Origin: Syncephalis fuscata S228
Lineage: Eukaryota > Fungi > Zoopagomycota
Length of the DNA stretch: 64,000 bases
Direction of reading: 5' to 3'
Assembly (NCBI GenBank): GCA_025786725.1
Contig: JAHLTZ010000006.1
Coordinates: 744,001 to 808,000 of the forward strand
The position numbers and the translations under genes were made by a program. Shown in pieces: positions 38,439 through 52,721 of the stretch (position 1 is its first letter; each line of letters opens with the position of its first letter). Under the pieces are notes generated by a model, which worked only from the letters and a program-made list of their open reading frames with translations, was not told the DNA's origin and made no database searches.

Positions 38439-40984
38439 TTACCTTTTAAAGCGCCTTCTTGTTGAGACGGCACTTTCGGATGGAAGCACCCGTTTGGCTA
38501 CGCCTTGTGTCTTGTACTTAGAGTAGCAATGGCGTTTTGGTTGGCATCGTCGTTTAAACGTAAGCGACGGCCACCACCGCTTCTTTACAGTTGGTGTAGC
38601 TATAGTTGTAGATGTAGTTGTAGCTGCTAGTACTGGTGATGCTGGTGACGCAGTACTAATTGTAGGCACCGTTGGCGTGGCTGGTGCAGCTACTGTTGCT
38701 GGAGCAGGTGTAAGCGTTGTTGTTGTTGGTGTTGTTGATGCCACTGGTGTTGATGCCACTGGTGTTGTGGAGCAGGTGTAGGCGTTGTTGCCACTGGTGT
38801 TGTTGATGCTACTGGTGTTGATGCCACTGGTGCTGTTGGACCTATTTGACTTGTGGAGGCTTCTTCAAGTGGTACATCTGTATCTATTTGTTCTTCGCTG
38901 TTAAACCAGCCACAGTTTAGCGCACTCTCAGCGGTGTAGCGCGTGCTACTGTCGACATCAAGTAGCCCCTTCACTAAGTCAATTGCTATGCAATATTAGC
39001 TATTGTTAATAAATAAATGCTTTACTTACCTTCACGGCTGAATTGGCTTAGCTCTTATTCAAAATCAACTGGATTGTCTAATATACGTTCAAGACAAACC
39101 AGTGTATCATTTGAATTGCTATAGGGAAATTTACCTATTTATAATATAGAATAGTTAGTATTTTGTTTTTATTTTTGTTTGTACTTACCCCGTAGCATTA
39201 CGTAGAGCATGACCCCCAAGCCCCACATGTCAATGGGTTTGCCGTACCCATTGACGTCAAACGGCGCCGAGGTTAATTGCCGGTGCATTCCTGGAACTGC
39301 TTTGGCACGCTCCAGCAACTGGTGCCGTTGATTGGACCATAATGACGCTTCAGGCGCCATGTATGGTACGGAGCCACAGCAAGTGGGCCACTCGGAGGAA
39401 GGCTCTATGAAGTGAGCCATCCCAAAGTCAGTATATTTGACCTTGGGATATGGGCAATCCTCAGATAACATGATGTTATCCAGCTAATTAGTAGTTAGCA
39501 CAATGCTTGATATTAATTTAATAAATTACCTTAATATCTAATTAGATAGTTAATAATAATGATAATGATAATTAGTAAATGTATTAGCAAATAATTAAAT
39601 ATACTTGCCGCGGTGCACGATATTATTTTCATGCAAAAACTATTGTAATGTTAGTATTTTGATTAGTAAACTTTAGTAATACTTACCTTCGCGCCTTCAA
39701 GTAGTTGCTTGAAGATATATTTTACTTCCATCTCTGGAAGGGGAAGGTGGCATTAACGTAATGAAAGAGATCACCGCCTGCCATGTACTGGATCACCAAG
39801 TACGTGTTCAGGCTGGTGATCCCTCCTCGTAGACCCCGTACAAAAAGAGAGTGGTTTCCAACCGCGTGTAAAGCGCGGACCTCTCTTTTGTAATCCTTAA
39901 AGTCATGGCAATGCAGTGAGACCTTCACCGCAACACGCTCGCGCGTCTTGCGGTCTATCCCAAGCTTCACTTCGCCAAAACTGCCCCTGTTATAAATGAA
40001 TAGTTAGTTGATTGATTTGCCTAATTTAATTACTTACTCCCCAAGGGGCTGATCGTTTGTAATCATCACCCATTTATTCAACACCTATGGTATTGATAAA
40101 ATTGGCACATTAGTAATATTTAAATAGGCTTATAAACTTACCTCTTCGTATTCTTCGCCTTCTTCTATTTTCATAGGTAGGCAACGTTCAATGACATGAA
40201 CATTAAGCGTTACTATTATACAGTATTAGAAGCAATAATAATAAATGATATTTACTACTTACTTTCACCATTGGGTGTTCCAATGGTACAATCTCCAGTA
40301 ATTGTTTGTGAATCATTAGCAAATAATCCAATTCCATCAACTAAACCAAATGTTAGCAACTTTGTTGATATTACTATCTAAACTAGCCTATTAATACTGG
40401 CAGTCCAACATTCTAGATTGCTAGTTAGTAATGAATGTGGTAAATAGTCATTTACTTACTGTACAGCTAACAGTGCCATTGTTCTATATAATACACCATT
40501 AAAAACAGTTTATGAAAGTATATGCTGTACTTACCACTAAGATTTCAAAACAGCGATCTGGCATAGGAACTGCAGTTAAACAATAGTCACTAGTAATACA
40601 CATATAATGTCAGCTTATTTCTTTATAGATTTCATACTGCTGAATAGTTACCAGCAATTACTAGCTCCAATGGTGTAATATTTGTTTTTAACAATATGTT
40701 TGCTTAACGACTATCATTAGCCAACTATATGCTCATCATAAACTCAACTTACTCTTAGACCCTGCCTCGTATACTTCAGCCCAAGCAGTTATACCGGTAC
40801 GCTCTTCTTCAGATAAAACATTCCAGCAATTTGGAATGTTTGAGTACATCAGATCTTCATCACTTAAAAGATCTGATGGCAGTTCTACGGGAACTGCCGT
40901 CGGAGTATGTGGGATCGAGCCCCCCGTAAAGACAAAGGAGGTAGGAATAGAAATGGATATTTGATCAAAGTTCAAAGATGTCAT
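38439..40984 (-). CDS. CAMK-group Ser/Thr kinase (Chk2/Mek1-like) with Pro/Thr/Ala-rich tail
   Basis: GSFGEV, VAVK, HRDIKLDN, DFG, GSVPYMAPE and DMWGLGV. PVAST repeats in the tail, with a frameshift. N-terminal exons are uncertain (possibly a degenerate FHA). Confidence 0.88.
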
Positions 40985-41699
40985 GGTGATAACGATGTTA
41001 AGTACGATGTTCAATGAATAAAGCTTCAAAGTAAAAGTAAGCGTTGAAAATGAAGTGGTAACAAAAAGTAAAGCAAAAGATTCTGTTTATTGCGACATTC
41101 ATAAATTTAAAAACACACAATAATACAATATCAGACAGTATTGAAGGTAATAAAACAATAATACTTTATTGTACAATTAATAGCATTATACTTGTAGTAT
41201 GTTCTGCTTACTGATGCTATAGCTCAGTCCTAAGTTGTATGGCAAACTATTGTGCATATCGGTATTTTATATAGTTACTTGGCTAAGCATGCATGTGCCA
41301 CATCATACTGGTTTTCATGTTGGCCTTTGCAGTCGATATGGTTACGTTTTATTTCTGTTTTTACTTCATAACTTTAACGGACTTTGTAATGTAATATGAA
41401 CAGCGTGTATTTTATTCTATTTAGTAGCATTGAAACTCAATCGGTGAATTATGTTATAGACCATATTTCTAAAGAAAAATAGTCATTTTTATTTAACTAA
41501 TACAGTAATAAATTGTGTGGATCGACTGATTTAATTGTGTGCGAATGGCAAGAATACTTGAGAAAAAGTGAAAATACCTGCTAAGCCCTGACAATATTGA
41601 TAGCATCGGAAAGAACCGCTATTATAGTGGCACAACTGATTAAGAATGGTCGCATTTGGCTATGTTTCAGTTGCATTGGCCAATTGATTCAACTAGCCA

Positions 41700-43320
41700 G
41701 TGTAGATATGCTGATTATGCGCGGAAATGACCGGCAAATGGAAGGCAAAAAGTGAGCAAATATGGAAATAAGGAAGGGATTATAATCTAATTTACTGATA
41801 AGATGGTATCTGGCATTAGAAGGTTTCAGTCAGGTGCAATACGCCAATGAGCAACTACCACGTACTATTTACCAATATTATTTATTCTAATTGGTAGATA
41901 TGTTTTGAAGTTTATAAGGTTGTGTTGAGCTTACTTTTGCTCATTATCTCGCCTTCTCCTGTTTCTAGTTGTTAATGTGCTGTAAACCGTTTGTTAATGG
42001 TTAGCATTAAATCTAGTAGTTACATCCAGTGGTGTGGGGTCCCCTTGTTGGTTGATCACGATATACTGTGTTCTTGCTTTTGAGCTGTGTTGAATGTGCA
42101 ATACAGTATTTGCAGACTGCTGTATTATACTGGCTCAACAATTATATGGCTGCCCGTAATAGGCGGCTGTATACTAGTGTAGTGCGGAGACATGTGGGAT
42201 AACAGGGTGTGCAGCACTGTGTTTAGCAAGTCAGTATTGCTGCACGCTCCCCTCATGTGGATGCGGCGACCTGTGATGGGTAACCATATGTTAGTGCTCA
42301 CCTGTTTGTAACGCGCGCTGGAGGTGTGTTGGTATTGTTCAACTTGCTGAACACTGCCATCACACACTGGATTGATGAGATATGTGGTTTATCTGGGTGG
42401 ATGTATCCATATATCACCTATTGTTTACTTGTGGGCACAGGTTATAAATTGTAATATAGCACTAGTATCAAACCATTTAAATGCCCGTTCCCTGGCAACA
42501 GGCTATAGGGTCTGATGCGCTGTGCTGGAAACTTGCCCGGGATTTTATAAATGAAGCTTGGTATTAATGCTATATTGAGACCTTAATAGTGCATCAGCAT
42601 ATGAAACGTGCTGTTTAGTTGTAATATGTTGTGGTGTTCATGTGTTCAGCTCTAGACACCAACTACAAATGGGTGAATCCATAGTTTGGTGCAGCTTATT
42701 GCTACGCTTGAATTGCCATGACATCTTATAACATTTATTGAACAGTATTGCCATCAAGATAGCAGCTAATATAGAGCTGTACGCATCCGACAAATATTAC
42801 TTACGCCCAAGTCGTAGTATTGCCGGTACTCCAGGTGGACGTATAGTTGCTGCATTAGCTGCTATCTTGTTTAACAACTTTTAACAACATTTCTAGTTTA
42901 TTTGTATAACAAATAACAACAATACACAAACAACTACACGCATGTACACTATAAACTATACGCAAGGAACAATCAACTAGATGTAGGTGCTTATTACTAC
43001 TAAACAATACTAACGCACTTTTATTATAGCTATTCAAGCATTGGTGCCGGATCGACAAGTATATCTGACTGCATTTGTTATCGGACACAAATATTTTGCA
43101 TGCAACTTACAATACCAACTATAGAATTCGTTGGCACAAGCATCGACAACAATACTGTATACTGTCGTTGGTACTATTGTTTGGGCTGGATTCTAAATGG
43201 GACATATACTTATCTGGTTTATATTACTCAACACTAACTGGCATTGCTATTGCGCATCTGCTAAATGCTTTGGTTTGATTGAAGTGGTGGTAATAAAGAG
43301 GGAGGTGGTGGGCATTACAC
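41700..43320 (-). mobile_element. Decayed Ty3/gypsy integrase relic
   Basis: Ordered broken fragments CRCLCQR, IRPPGVPAIL (RLHGVP), QF..SNKLHQTM/GFT (FAYN..H.TTGFTPF), VIYGY and PYFHICSL (PVFHVSLL). Confidence 0.5.
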
Positions 43321-44175
43321 ATATATTACATTGAAATGGTAGATTTAATAAAGAAGCGCATGAGGTGTTTGCTGAATCGACATAACACTGTGACTCCATT
43401 ACTAGTTTGTCTAAAGTTGTGCTTATTTGTTTATAAAACTATAATACTGGTACATGTATTCAATTAAAGTCACTGATACTTGAATAGCTAGATTACAAGT
43501 AGCTACATTCAATACTGCATCTACACCAACTATTTTAATAATAGTGCCATAGTTTATTTATTACTGTCTTATTTATTACATTTAACATGATCCGGTGATA
43601 AATGGCTACATTTAATAGCATCTAATCTATTGAACATGCTAGTTGATGGCGAATGACATCAATCATCAAATACTCATCATTGTAGATTCATTATCCAGTA
43701 TGCATATATTCAGTATACATATAGATTTTTTATTATATACTCAGACTAACATATATTATTCTATCTTTGGGAAGTTATTGGTGCATAGCAGTACAATCAT
43801 CATGCTATAAACTCACTGCATGCTTTGGTTTGCCATAGATCACCGCTGCAGTCGTTTTAGAAGTAGTAGTAGATTGCACTTTTAGTACGGCCACTGAATA
43901 ACATTTCAGTACCATACAGTGCAATCTACTGTCGCTACTGTATATGCTATTACCAGCACAATCTATAGTGGCCATCTATAGCAAATCAAGGCATACAGTA
44001 GCTTTGGCACATATGGTCGCTACATTCGTCGTACTGGCAGTTGTGCATATACAATAGCGTAATTTGCAATGATCCATAGCATAAACAAGGTATACAACGA
44101 GACTTCACAGCATATGCTCAAAATAACATAAAACAAGCCAGGAATGCACTTACCGTGTCAATAAAGCTGCCAAAA

Positions 44176-44496
44176 GCAACGATCAGAGCAAGGAAAGTGA
44201 TTTGCAAAAAAGGTCAGATTACAAAAGAGCAATGCAAGTACATAGTGTAGAAGGTGTTTGTACATAACTAGTAGCCAGTCAACTACTGACACTATTTAGA
44301 TATATATATGAGTGTACAAGTATATGCAATGGATATATGCTATCAAGTGTAAAGAAAGAGAAAGGAATGTGATGAGTAGATTGTGAGATGTAAACCTGTC
44401 AGTCAATATTTATAGACAGTTGAGTTAATTGATTAATAAATGGAGTGTGAAATAATAAAAGTCGATCTACCCAACATGTTGGTACATCATAGAACA
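44176..44496. repeat. ~320-bp near-identical dispersed direct repeat, copy 2
   Basis: Matches 37709-38035 with only a few substitutions and 1-nt indels. Confidence 0.95.
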
Positions 44497-44614
44497 AGTG
44501 AAGCAATAATGTATTAAGAATAAAATATACTCACTTTTCCTATTAATAAGTAAATGAATACACAAATTTATTATATGATAAAATAGTCAAAAAAAGTAAT
44601 TATTAATGAATATA

Positions 44615-45739
44615 TTAGTGGTTAAGTTTCCGTGCACAGTATACTTTGACTGTCCAGTAACTCTTAAGACGATTAGTCTCCTCATTTAGTTTCATCAAAA
44701 ATCCATCTATTTCCTCGTTAGATAGACCAATCTCTTGGATTAGCAAATGGCGTACCGCCTCAACATTGGCGCGCAAGCAATTCCAGCCGCGTCGTCCCAT
44801 GTCGCCGGCCCAGTCGCCGGCTGGAATCATATACTTTTCAGTACGGACATCGCTGAGTCGTGCAGCTTGCATACGTGCCGGCACTTCGTCCACAGCGAAT
44901 AAATCCACGCCGCAGGGATGCATCAGCTGATGGTGCCAGGTATTGAATCGCTCACCGTGCGCACCGACATTGGACAAAGTGCCAGTTGTTTCGACCATTT
45001 CTATCCAGCCGTTGATGGCACAAATACGAGCACATTCATGCACGTAGATCGGCCAGATCTGGTCTGGTATGGCAAGATTCAAGAAGCGATGGTGTACAAA
45101 GTCAAAACTGCTGTCTGGATATGGTAGTCCTATTAGAAAACAACAACGCAATAATAAATATCTGAATTAAATATACATTTGTTTTGCTAGCATAGTAATT
45201 CATCACTTAAAATAAACATGAAAGCAACCATTTACCTTCAAGTATATTAGCAGTGGCAAATTTGCAGTTTGCAGGCTTAAGATCCGTTGTAGGTGGCAGG
45301 ATAATGTCGACACCAGTAAAGTCACAATTTGTATGTTCTGAAGCCATTTCCTATTCAACGGATTAGACTGGTATGTAATTGTTAAACACAGTACTCACCA
45401 TTAGCCAAATACCAGATCCTGTGCCAAGATCAATACAACGTGTCATCTTCTCTGTTGGTGCAAAATAATTAACACCAGTGACAGAGCGCATCAAATAATG
45501 CAGCGAATCCAGTCTGTATATTTGTTGTTAGCATGCATTTAGGTCAAACTCTATACTTGCCGGTCCATTTCCTCAGAATCTATGGGTAGACGATAGGCAA
45601 CACCATCCATGTCCAAGTATTGCCGACCTAGCTGTTCTATAATACGGACGCTATTTATGCCGCCAACATTTGCACTGGAGCCGCGTCGACTACGGCGTCG
45701 CTGGCTAAGCTCTGAAACTTTAGATATATCGTTTCCCAT
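44615..45739 (-). CDS. LaeA-like class I SAM-dependent methyltransferase (4 exons)
   Basis: YRLPIDSEEMDRLDSLHY, CIDLGTGSGIW, LPYPDSSFDFVHHR, GWIEMVE; C-terminal VYCARK. Confidence 0.93.
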
Positions 45740-46499
45740 GTCACTTTATACGCAGTAATAGCACAGCGATTAAAGTTGTGTTTATAACTTGGATCTGATA
45801 CTGCCAGTACTAAAGGTAGAGATACTCAAAACGTTTGAAACACAGATATTAATAAACGACTATTGGATAAAGGTAAATGTTTGTAAATGCAAACTAGAGG
45901 TTCAGCGCTATACGATGCACGTATTGGCAACACGACAAAGCAAGAAAAATGTAAGATTATTGAACTTTTGTGAATAGTGGGCATTTCCCGTCATTTAGCT
46001 GCTGTCGACATTATGCGGAGTGTCAATAAAGACTCAAAAGAGTCAATTAATTAATATATTCTCAGACTGCTGACGATGTATCCGAATTCAACATTTCCAC
46101 CAACCCTGACTCCGCGGCATTTCTTTGACGCTATCTACTTTGGTTTTATCTACCTAAGCGTGATTTGGCAGTGTTGGTATGTGCACGTTTAATAAATTAC
46201 AATTACAATAAGCATTTAAACAAATTAAAATACGTAAAATGATGGGGCAGTTAACACTGAATAGTTATTACATGGATAAAGATGAGAATTTTCAATACCA
46301 TAAATGTTTCCAGAGTATATTGGTATTATTATCTACCTATTCTGAGTTTAACTTTCACGCCTTACTGGGGCAAATTTATAGGTATTAAATGCTAATAATG
46401 ATTTCTTTTAAAGTTTTACAAAGTAGCTTATACTATTATGAACTGAATTAAATTATTTATTAATTAACAAACTATTATTACTAGTTATGTATAAATTTA

Positions 46500-47637
46500 C
46501 TTTTGAGCAGAATCACAAAAATAATTCAATATGCTTTGCTGGTAATGTTTAGACTTAAGCTTTTTACAACCACGGCGAGGATTGATTCTAGTTGTTTTTG
46601 TTATTACTGTTTTGTTGCCGTTGCTGTTTTGTTGCCGTTGTTTTTTTTGTTATTGTTGTAGGTTTACTAAACAAAAATTCGCTAATTGATTCATCCAAGA
46701 TAAAGTTAATTAATGCGTTATTGCTTTGTGGTCCATGAAATATACTACTTACTTTTTAATATTATCAGTGATAGGTTGTGCGTCATAATCCTGTTCTTGT
46801 TTGCGCAAGCAATGTTCAACGTGGCAGTGAAGTGCTGCCTTTGAGCGTGCCTCTAGTGCAATATTACAGACGGGACACGTCGATTGATGAAACTGTGAAC
46901 AATGATTTTTCGTTAATGTTGATGTCATTGTCGTCGTAGATGATAATGCTAATGATGGTGATGATAAATCTCCCTACCAATGCTTAATATCAATTAATAG
47001 AAAACAGTCGGTATTACTTACTGCATTTGTCGTAGCATCTGTTGATTTGTGTAAAAACTATAGCATATATGCTGTATTCGTCATCAACTATATTGATTTT
47101 TCACTACTATTTACCTTTGTAATATTTTCGGTAATCTGTTTGGATTGCATTTCTTGCAACGAGGATAATCGTACACCCATCAATCGTAGTTCAATAGGCT
47201 GCTCTGCCTCAAGTAGCTAGCATTATTGCAATTAATTATATATGCATTAAACTAAAATATAAACAAATGTTTAAGCTACCTGCTTGCCATATAAATATAA
47301 ATCATCCGCTTTGAATATACATTGAGCTAGACTACGTGATCTTGATAATACAGTAAAGTCCGATCGTTTTAGCTTTAGTGTAATTGTTTGTCCCTAGTCA
47401 TTATTAGTATGCAATATATTAATTTATGCTATTGGTAATACTACCTTAATTTGTTTTCGCTCAAGATTTGCAGATAATTTTTCAGCAATCGTTTTTAACA
47501 TATCTAGTTGTCGGTCGATTTTAGATAGATTACGGAATGTACTAGATATAGAGAATAAGACTGGCTCAATAAACTATGTTTCATTTGTTATCCTACCGTT
47601 CTACGCTAATACTTTTACGATCATATTGTCTAATAAA

Positions 47638-47673
<36 letters not shown>

Positions 47674-49851
47674 GAGAATCGGTAAATACTTTTCATGCTA
47701 TTCTACAAGCAGATCCTACATTGATAGATCGGTTGTGCCTAAACCCAAGGCAGCGCGTGATATAAACTCAAATGATTTAGAAGAAAGCAGCAGTTTTAGC
47801 ACGACACGCTGTTTGTACTGTATCAAAACAATAGTAATAAAAGATTAGCAATTAATTGATTATATAGTTATTGTTTCTCTTTTACCATATCTCCACCCGT
47901 CTTTACATCAAGTGCACTAAGTAATTGCTCAGTTACTCGCCCAATACCTATGGTGATCTAATTAGATCATCGTATAATGCAGAAACATAATTATATATAC
48001 CATTTAGTTTACGTATTGGCAGTTCTTTTATAAATGACATGATGGCATCTCGATCATTATTAAGGGTATATTGTCCTATATAGTATTGTTAATCGTGTAC
48101 ATTGTAAACGACAATTGCTTTACCATTAGGTTTATTCATGTCGGAACAGATCTATTTACATTTAGTATTTACATTTTTAACATTGTTTACACTTACTTTG
48201 GCAAGGCGTCTACAAAGATGTGAGTAATTGTGCAAATATTACAATGGTTACTTACTTATTAGCTGCAATGCCTGCACTGGCTAATGTTGTTGTAATTATT
48301 TTATTCAAACAAAATGCCTGTCACCTGGCACTTACCCGTTAATAAAGTTTTTCTATACACATATTAAAGCTACAATCTAATGGAAATATATGGTCTTACA
48401 CTTGAATTTCTTTTCTAATTTGATTCGTCACCTCTTCAGCCGTCTTCTTGCTTTCTTTTATATAACTTGTGATATTCAAATAAGCTGATAGAAATTAGTA
48501 TCTATTTATGCAAATGATAGCAGTGCTATTTGCTTATTATGTTGGTGGAGTATTCTTACATTCATCAATACCAGCCGCGCTGAAATTACCTAGTTTTAGC
48601 ATGTTTATAACCAAAATAGCTAATACTTACAGAAACTGCGGATCATATTTCTATTGGAACTTTAGCAATAATCTAAAACTTAAGCATATCTTACCTCTAG
48701 TACGGTGTGTACTATTTTAGAGATTGCTCTAGCAAATCGTTGATTTAATTTATGCTATCAAATGGCAACGATCTATTGTTCTTACTTATACTTTGCTCCA
48801 TTTGGAGGCAGTATGATTAGTTCTATTTTTACAAATATTAATGTTAAAACAATGACTGTATGATTAATTACCAGGACATAATTTCTAATTTATTGTTACA
48901 ATTACAAGTTAATTAATACCAATTTATCGAGACTAATCAAACCTTAGCAATATATCCTGGCATTGCCGATCGAACGCCAAATTTTCTGAATGATTTCATT
49001 AGATGGCTATTTGTACTTGCAAGATACTAGATTACCGTGCAGCATCTACGTACTATTAGTCGAATAAAAAACAAATAGTTCTACACTTACAATTGGCCGT
49101 GGATAGCATGCTATTTCCCTGGAATTACACTTAATAAATAATGTTATTTGCAATATTCTCTAGCTTACTCCAACTCCCATGGGCTTTTCCTTTAAAGCAG
49201 GATTATCAAGTTCTTCAACTGCCGCGAAAAATGCTAATAATATTTGACAAACATGGTTAAAATAGCATCAGCCGTATTGATCCATTTTTTACCGTCCATA
49301 TCAATATGCACAATTATTTGTGATAAATCTCTATCCATCTCAAGTTGTTTCCAGTCTGCGTCTACTTGTCGACAAATATGTGCTAAATCACGTCCTTCTA
49401 ATCGTTTTTTTCGCTCTAATAGATTCTGTATTTTATGGCAAGCTCTTGATCTTTTCTTCTTTCATTTTCAAAAAATGGCGTTCCCTATGTACAGCGCAGT
49501 AGTTGGATATTCATTAGTTGGATACACATCTAATGCGCTCTAGACCACATTTACTTTTGAAGCTTCATAAATAACACGCCCAATCATGTCCTTGTCAGTG
49601 CTCTCAAGACCAGCTTTATTTGCAGACGGCCCAAGAATGCGTGCCATAAAAGTGTCGTTTTTATCCGAAGGCGTTTCAGTAATCTCGGCTGAATCGTCTG
49701 TTGTATCTTGCCCGAGTGCATCGTCCCACTCCAAGTCTGCTACTTCCTCTTCTTCAACATAGCTTTCAGACTCGCTGCCAGAATTCTCACAAATAGTTTC
49801 ATTTTCTTTTGAGGAAGGTAAAGGTACAGATTCCAAAGGGGGAGTAGTCAT
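46500..49851 (-). CDS. POLK: DNA polymerase kappa (Y family), highly fragmented into small exons; 3' end approximate
   Basis: N-clasp NKAGL..IYEASKG, IVHIDMDAFFAAVEELDNP, RKFGVRSAMPGYIA, IDE, RKSISVERTF, UBZ finger CPVC..HVEHCL, PIP-like QQSILNYF. Confidence 0.93.
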
Positions 49852-51705
49852 TGTGCGAATGTATAGGTAGAGAAGGTAAGTATACTGCTTTACAATGTTC
49901 AAGCGAGTAAATAAACATACAACGCAAAAAGTGCGATAAAAGTTGATATCGACGTGTATTTCCTAGATAAAACTGTCTAGTTTTATAGCTCTTTCCTGCT
50001 ATTCGAGCAAAATACAAAATATATACTTGTCAACCACCTTTGCTATAAAAAGAAGGAATGGGGCTGGATAATCTGCATTGCCAAATATAATGTGGCACTG
50101 CCCCTTAGTCAGCTTTTCCATCGTATTCCTCAGTGAGTTTAGATATGTTTACAAGTATTCTATTTAGCATTCAATAAACACTGTTGCTGATATGATGAAT
50201 TTAGTGCCTAAAAGCTTAGTTGTCAATTATAATATCATGCTCTATGATAATGACATTTGTTTATGCATTGATATCTATCCTTCTTATTTACTAATGACAT
50301 TGTTCTATGAATACACTTGTCTTTACTGTTTGTTACCTATTCTTACTACATTTATTGTTTTGCTGTTAATACTCTTCTATAACTATACTTGATTTTATGC
50401 AATTGGTTTTTATCCTTTGTTTTATTCCACCACTTGGACAATTTCCTTACCAGTATTTTAATTTATTCATAGTCTTTATATGTACAATACCATTTGATTT
50501 ATGACATGTATTATCCTATTGTATATATCGTATCACTTATCAAGTAAATAAAAATAGTCTTTCTTTTGCAAACACTAGACATTTTATTAATGATTTAATG
50601 TAATTTTGTGGTCAAATGACTAAATTTAATAATATTCGGATTCGGGTTTATTAGCTTGAGTGAGACAACGGTCTGTAGGACCTAACCGCGCATTTGCAGC
50701 ATTTGCCTGCCACCCCTAGCTATTTTAATAATATTCAATCTATTGAACAAAATGATGAGTGGTGAGTGACATAAATATCAAATTATAATGCCTTGAATAC
50801 TTTACAGCAACAACAATATAAATCAACATTTATTTGTTTATTATATTTTATTGTAAGTAACATGGAATACTGTTTAGTATATGTTTTGATATTGAAACAG
50901 TGCAGATTAATTAAGACTCTGATTAATTCAAACAGAATTGATATAGCATCGCTTCAGCAAATAACAATTTTCAGTATCAAAAACTGATTGGCTGCTTATT
51001 ATTCGAGTTATGGACCTTTTTTGTCCTTAGTTTGAAGTTAGAGGCTTAAAGTAAAATTGCTCCTATTTTACTATTAAACTATTACGTTCAACTATATACA
51101 TACTAACCTTATTATTATTTCAAATCAAATTAAAAGCTATGCATAACTAGTATGTATTTATTGCATTATAATGTTGATGTATTGCGAAATCTATAGTAAT
51201 TTCAATTTCATGTGACTACCAATTAAAAATACTATTCGGTAAAACGTACATGTAGTAATTGTTGTTTAATTGGGTTGTAGCTGTGTATACCTCGCTCAAT
51301 TTGAATGCTGGTGTTAAATTTGTAACCTCCGTTATTTAAACTCAACGATATTCTAACATTGCCAAGAATAGCTTCTTCAAAATAAAAAATCCAATGTAAT
51401 TTTTCAGTGGTTCAGCTGTTTATTGCCTAATCTAAATAGCATTAATGAAACCAAAATACCCCCTTGACTAGAATTAAACAGTCTCTTTGCATCATAGAAC
51501 GAGCTCTTTAGCTATTTTAATCCGCTAATTTACTGATTATAGTAGTCCACGTGGTTAATTTTAATGGCAGAAAACATAAAGATCAACAACCATACAGGGC
51601 AGCTATTATAAATGTTTTACTTTTTAAGCTGCTTGTCACTTTAATCATACTTTCCGTCATCTTCAGCTACAAGAACTTTTCATTCAATAGAATTCTGTCA
51701 AAATA

Positions 51706-52721
51706 ATGCTTGCTACTAAATTCACCTTTGCTACGATTGCAACAGTTACATTGCTATTAGTATCAGATATCCCAAATGCTAATGGTTTGATTAGAGAGTT
51801 TTTAGGAATTAAGAAAGGTATGGGATATAATAGAATTTAAAACTGTTTGCTATCATATTAAAATTATTTGATTATAGATAACTTTCTTGGGGAGCGTCTA
51901 AATAAGCCAGGCGCTTTTGGAATAAATGGACTATATATTACTAGTTATAATCAAATGGAAGATGTAAGCATTGCTTACGGAGGATATGGTACCAACCCAA
52001 CTCAAGTAGAAGAGATTGATATTGTATGTGGTAATCCCAAAACTGCCAAGAACATTCAGTTTCGAGTATATGAGGTGTGTATTATACAAGTGCAATCTTC
52101 TGTTGCTGTTTATTCATAATATATGTTACAGAGTCTCAGGACCGATTCAAGTTTTTATACTTTACAAGTTCCTAATGGCAGAAGGCTTTTTGTTCCGTTT
52201 AAACAAGTATTTGATACAAAGACTGGAGAACGTTGCTATTTGATTTCCTCACGATGTAGCAATCCAGTGGACTTAGTATATGACAATCTTGGAAGTGTTG
52301 AAACGGTCCAAGGATATATTAGGCAAATTACAGATGGTAAGTTTTAAATATACAACATTAGATTGTACTAACATGACCAAAATCAGCCATACGCTATATG
52401 AGAACAAAGGGCTGGGCTTTCCATATAAATGCAGGCCAAGGTAGGTTGCGCTTACACATTAGTATCATCAAGACTAATATCATTTTAGCATGTCGTAATT
52501 CCGGCAATAATTTAATGTATATGTCATTCGGCAATACTTATTCTAGAAATTTAGATACAATAAATTTATACCAAAGAAAACCTGTCCTCGACAGGATAAA
52601 CAATTTTTTATGGAAACTTTTGGGTAAACTTTATGCAAAAACCATACCCAATGGAACATTGGAACAAGGAATAAAAATGGCCCAACAAAAACAAGGAGAC
52701 TTGTTTTTTCACCTAGACTAA
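51706..52721 (+). CDS. Secreted protein, probable degenerate protein-kinase fold (pseudokinase)
   Basis: Signal peptide MLATKFTFATIATVTLLLVSD; about 4 introns; IDIVCGN, ERCYLI, YIRQITDAIRYMRTKGW and MSFG. Confidence 0.7.

Noticed and set aside
37709-44496. Intact LTR retrotransposon bounded by the two repeats
   Set aside because: No TSD and no gag/pol ORF. The interior holds an intron-rich kinase gene, and the integrase relic is far more decayed than the repeats.
47641-47673. (AAT)n microsatellite; also (GT)n near 23945
   Set aside because: Ordinary simple repeats.
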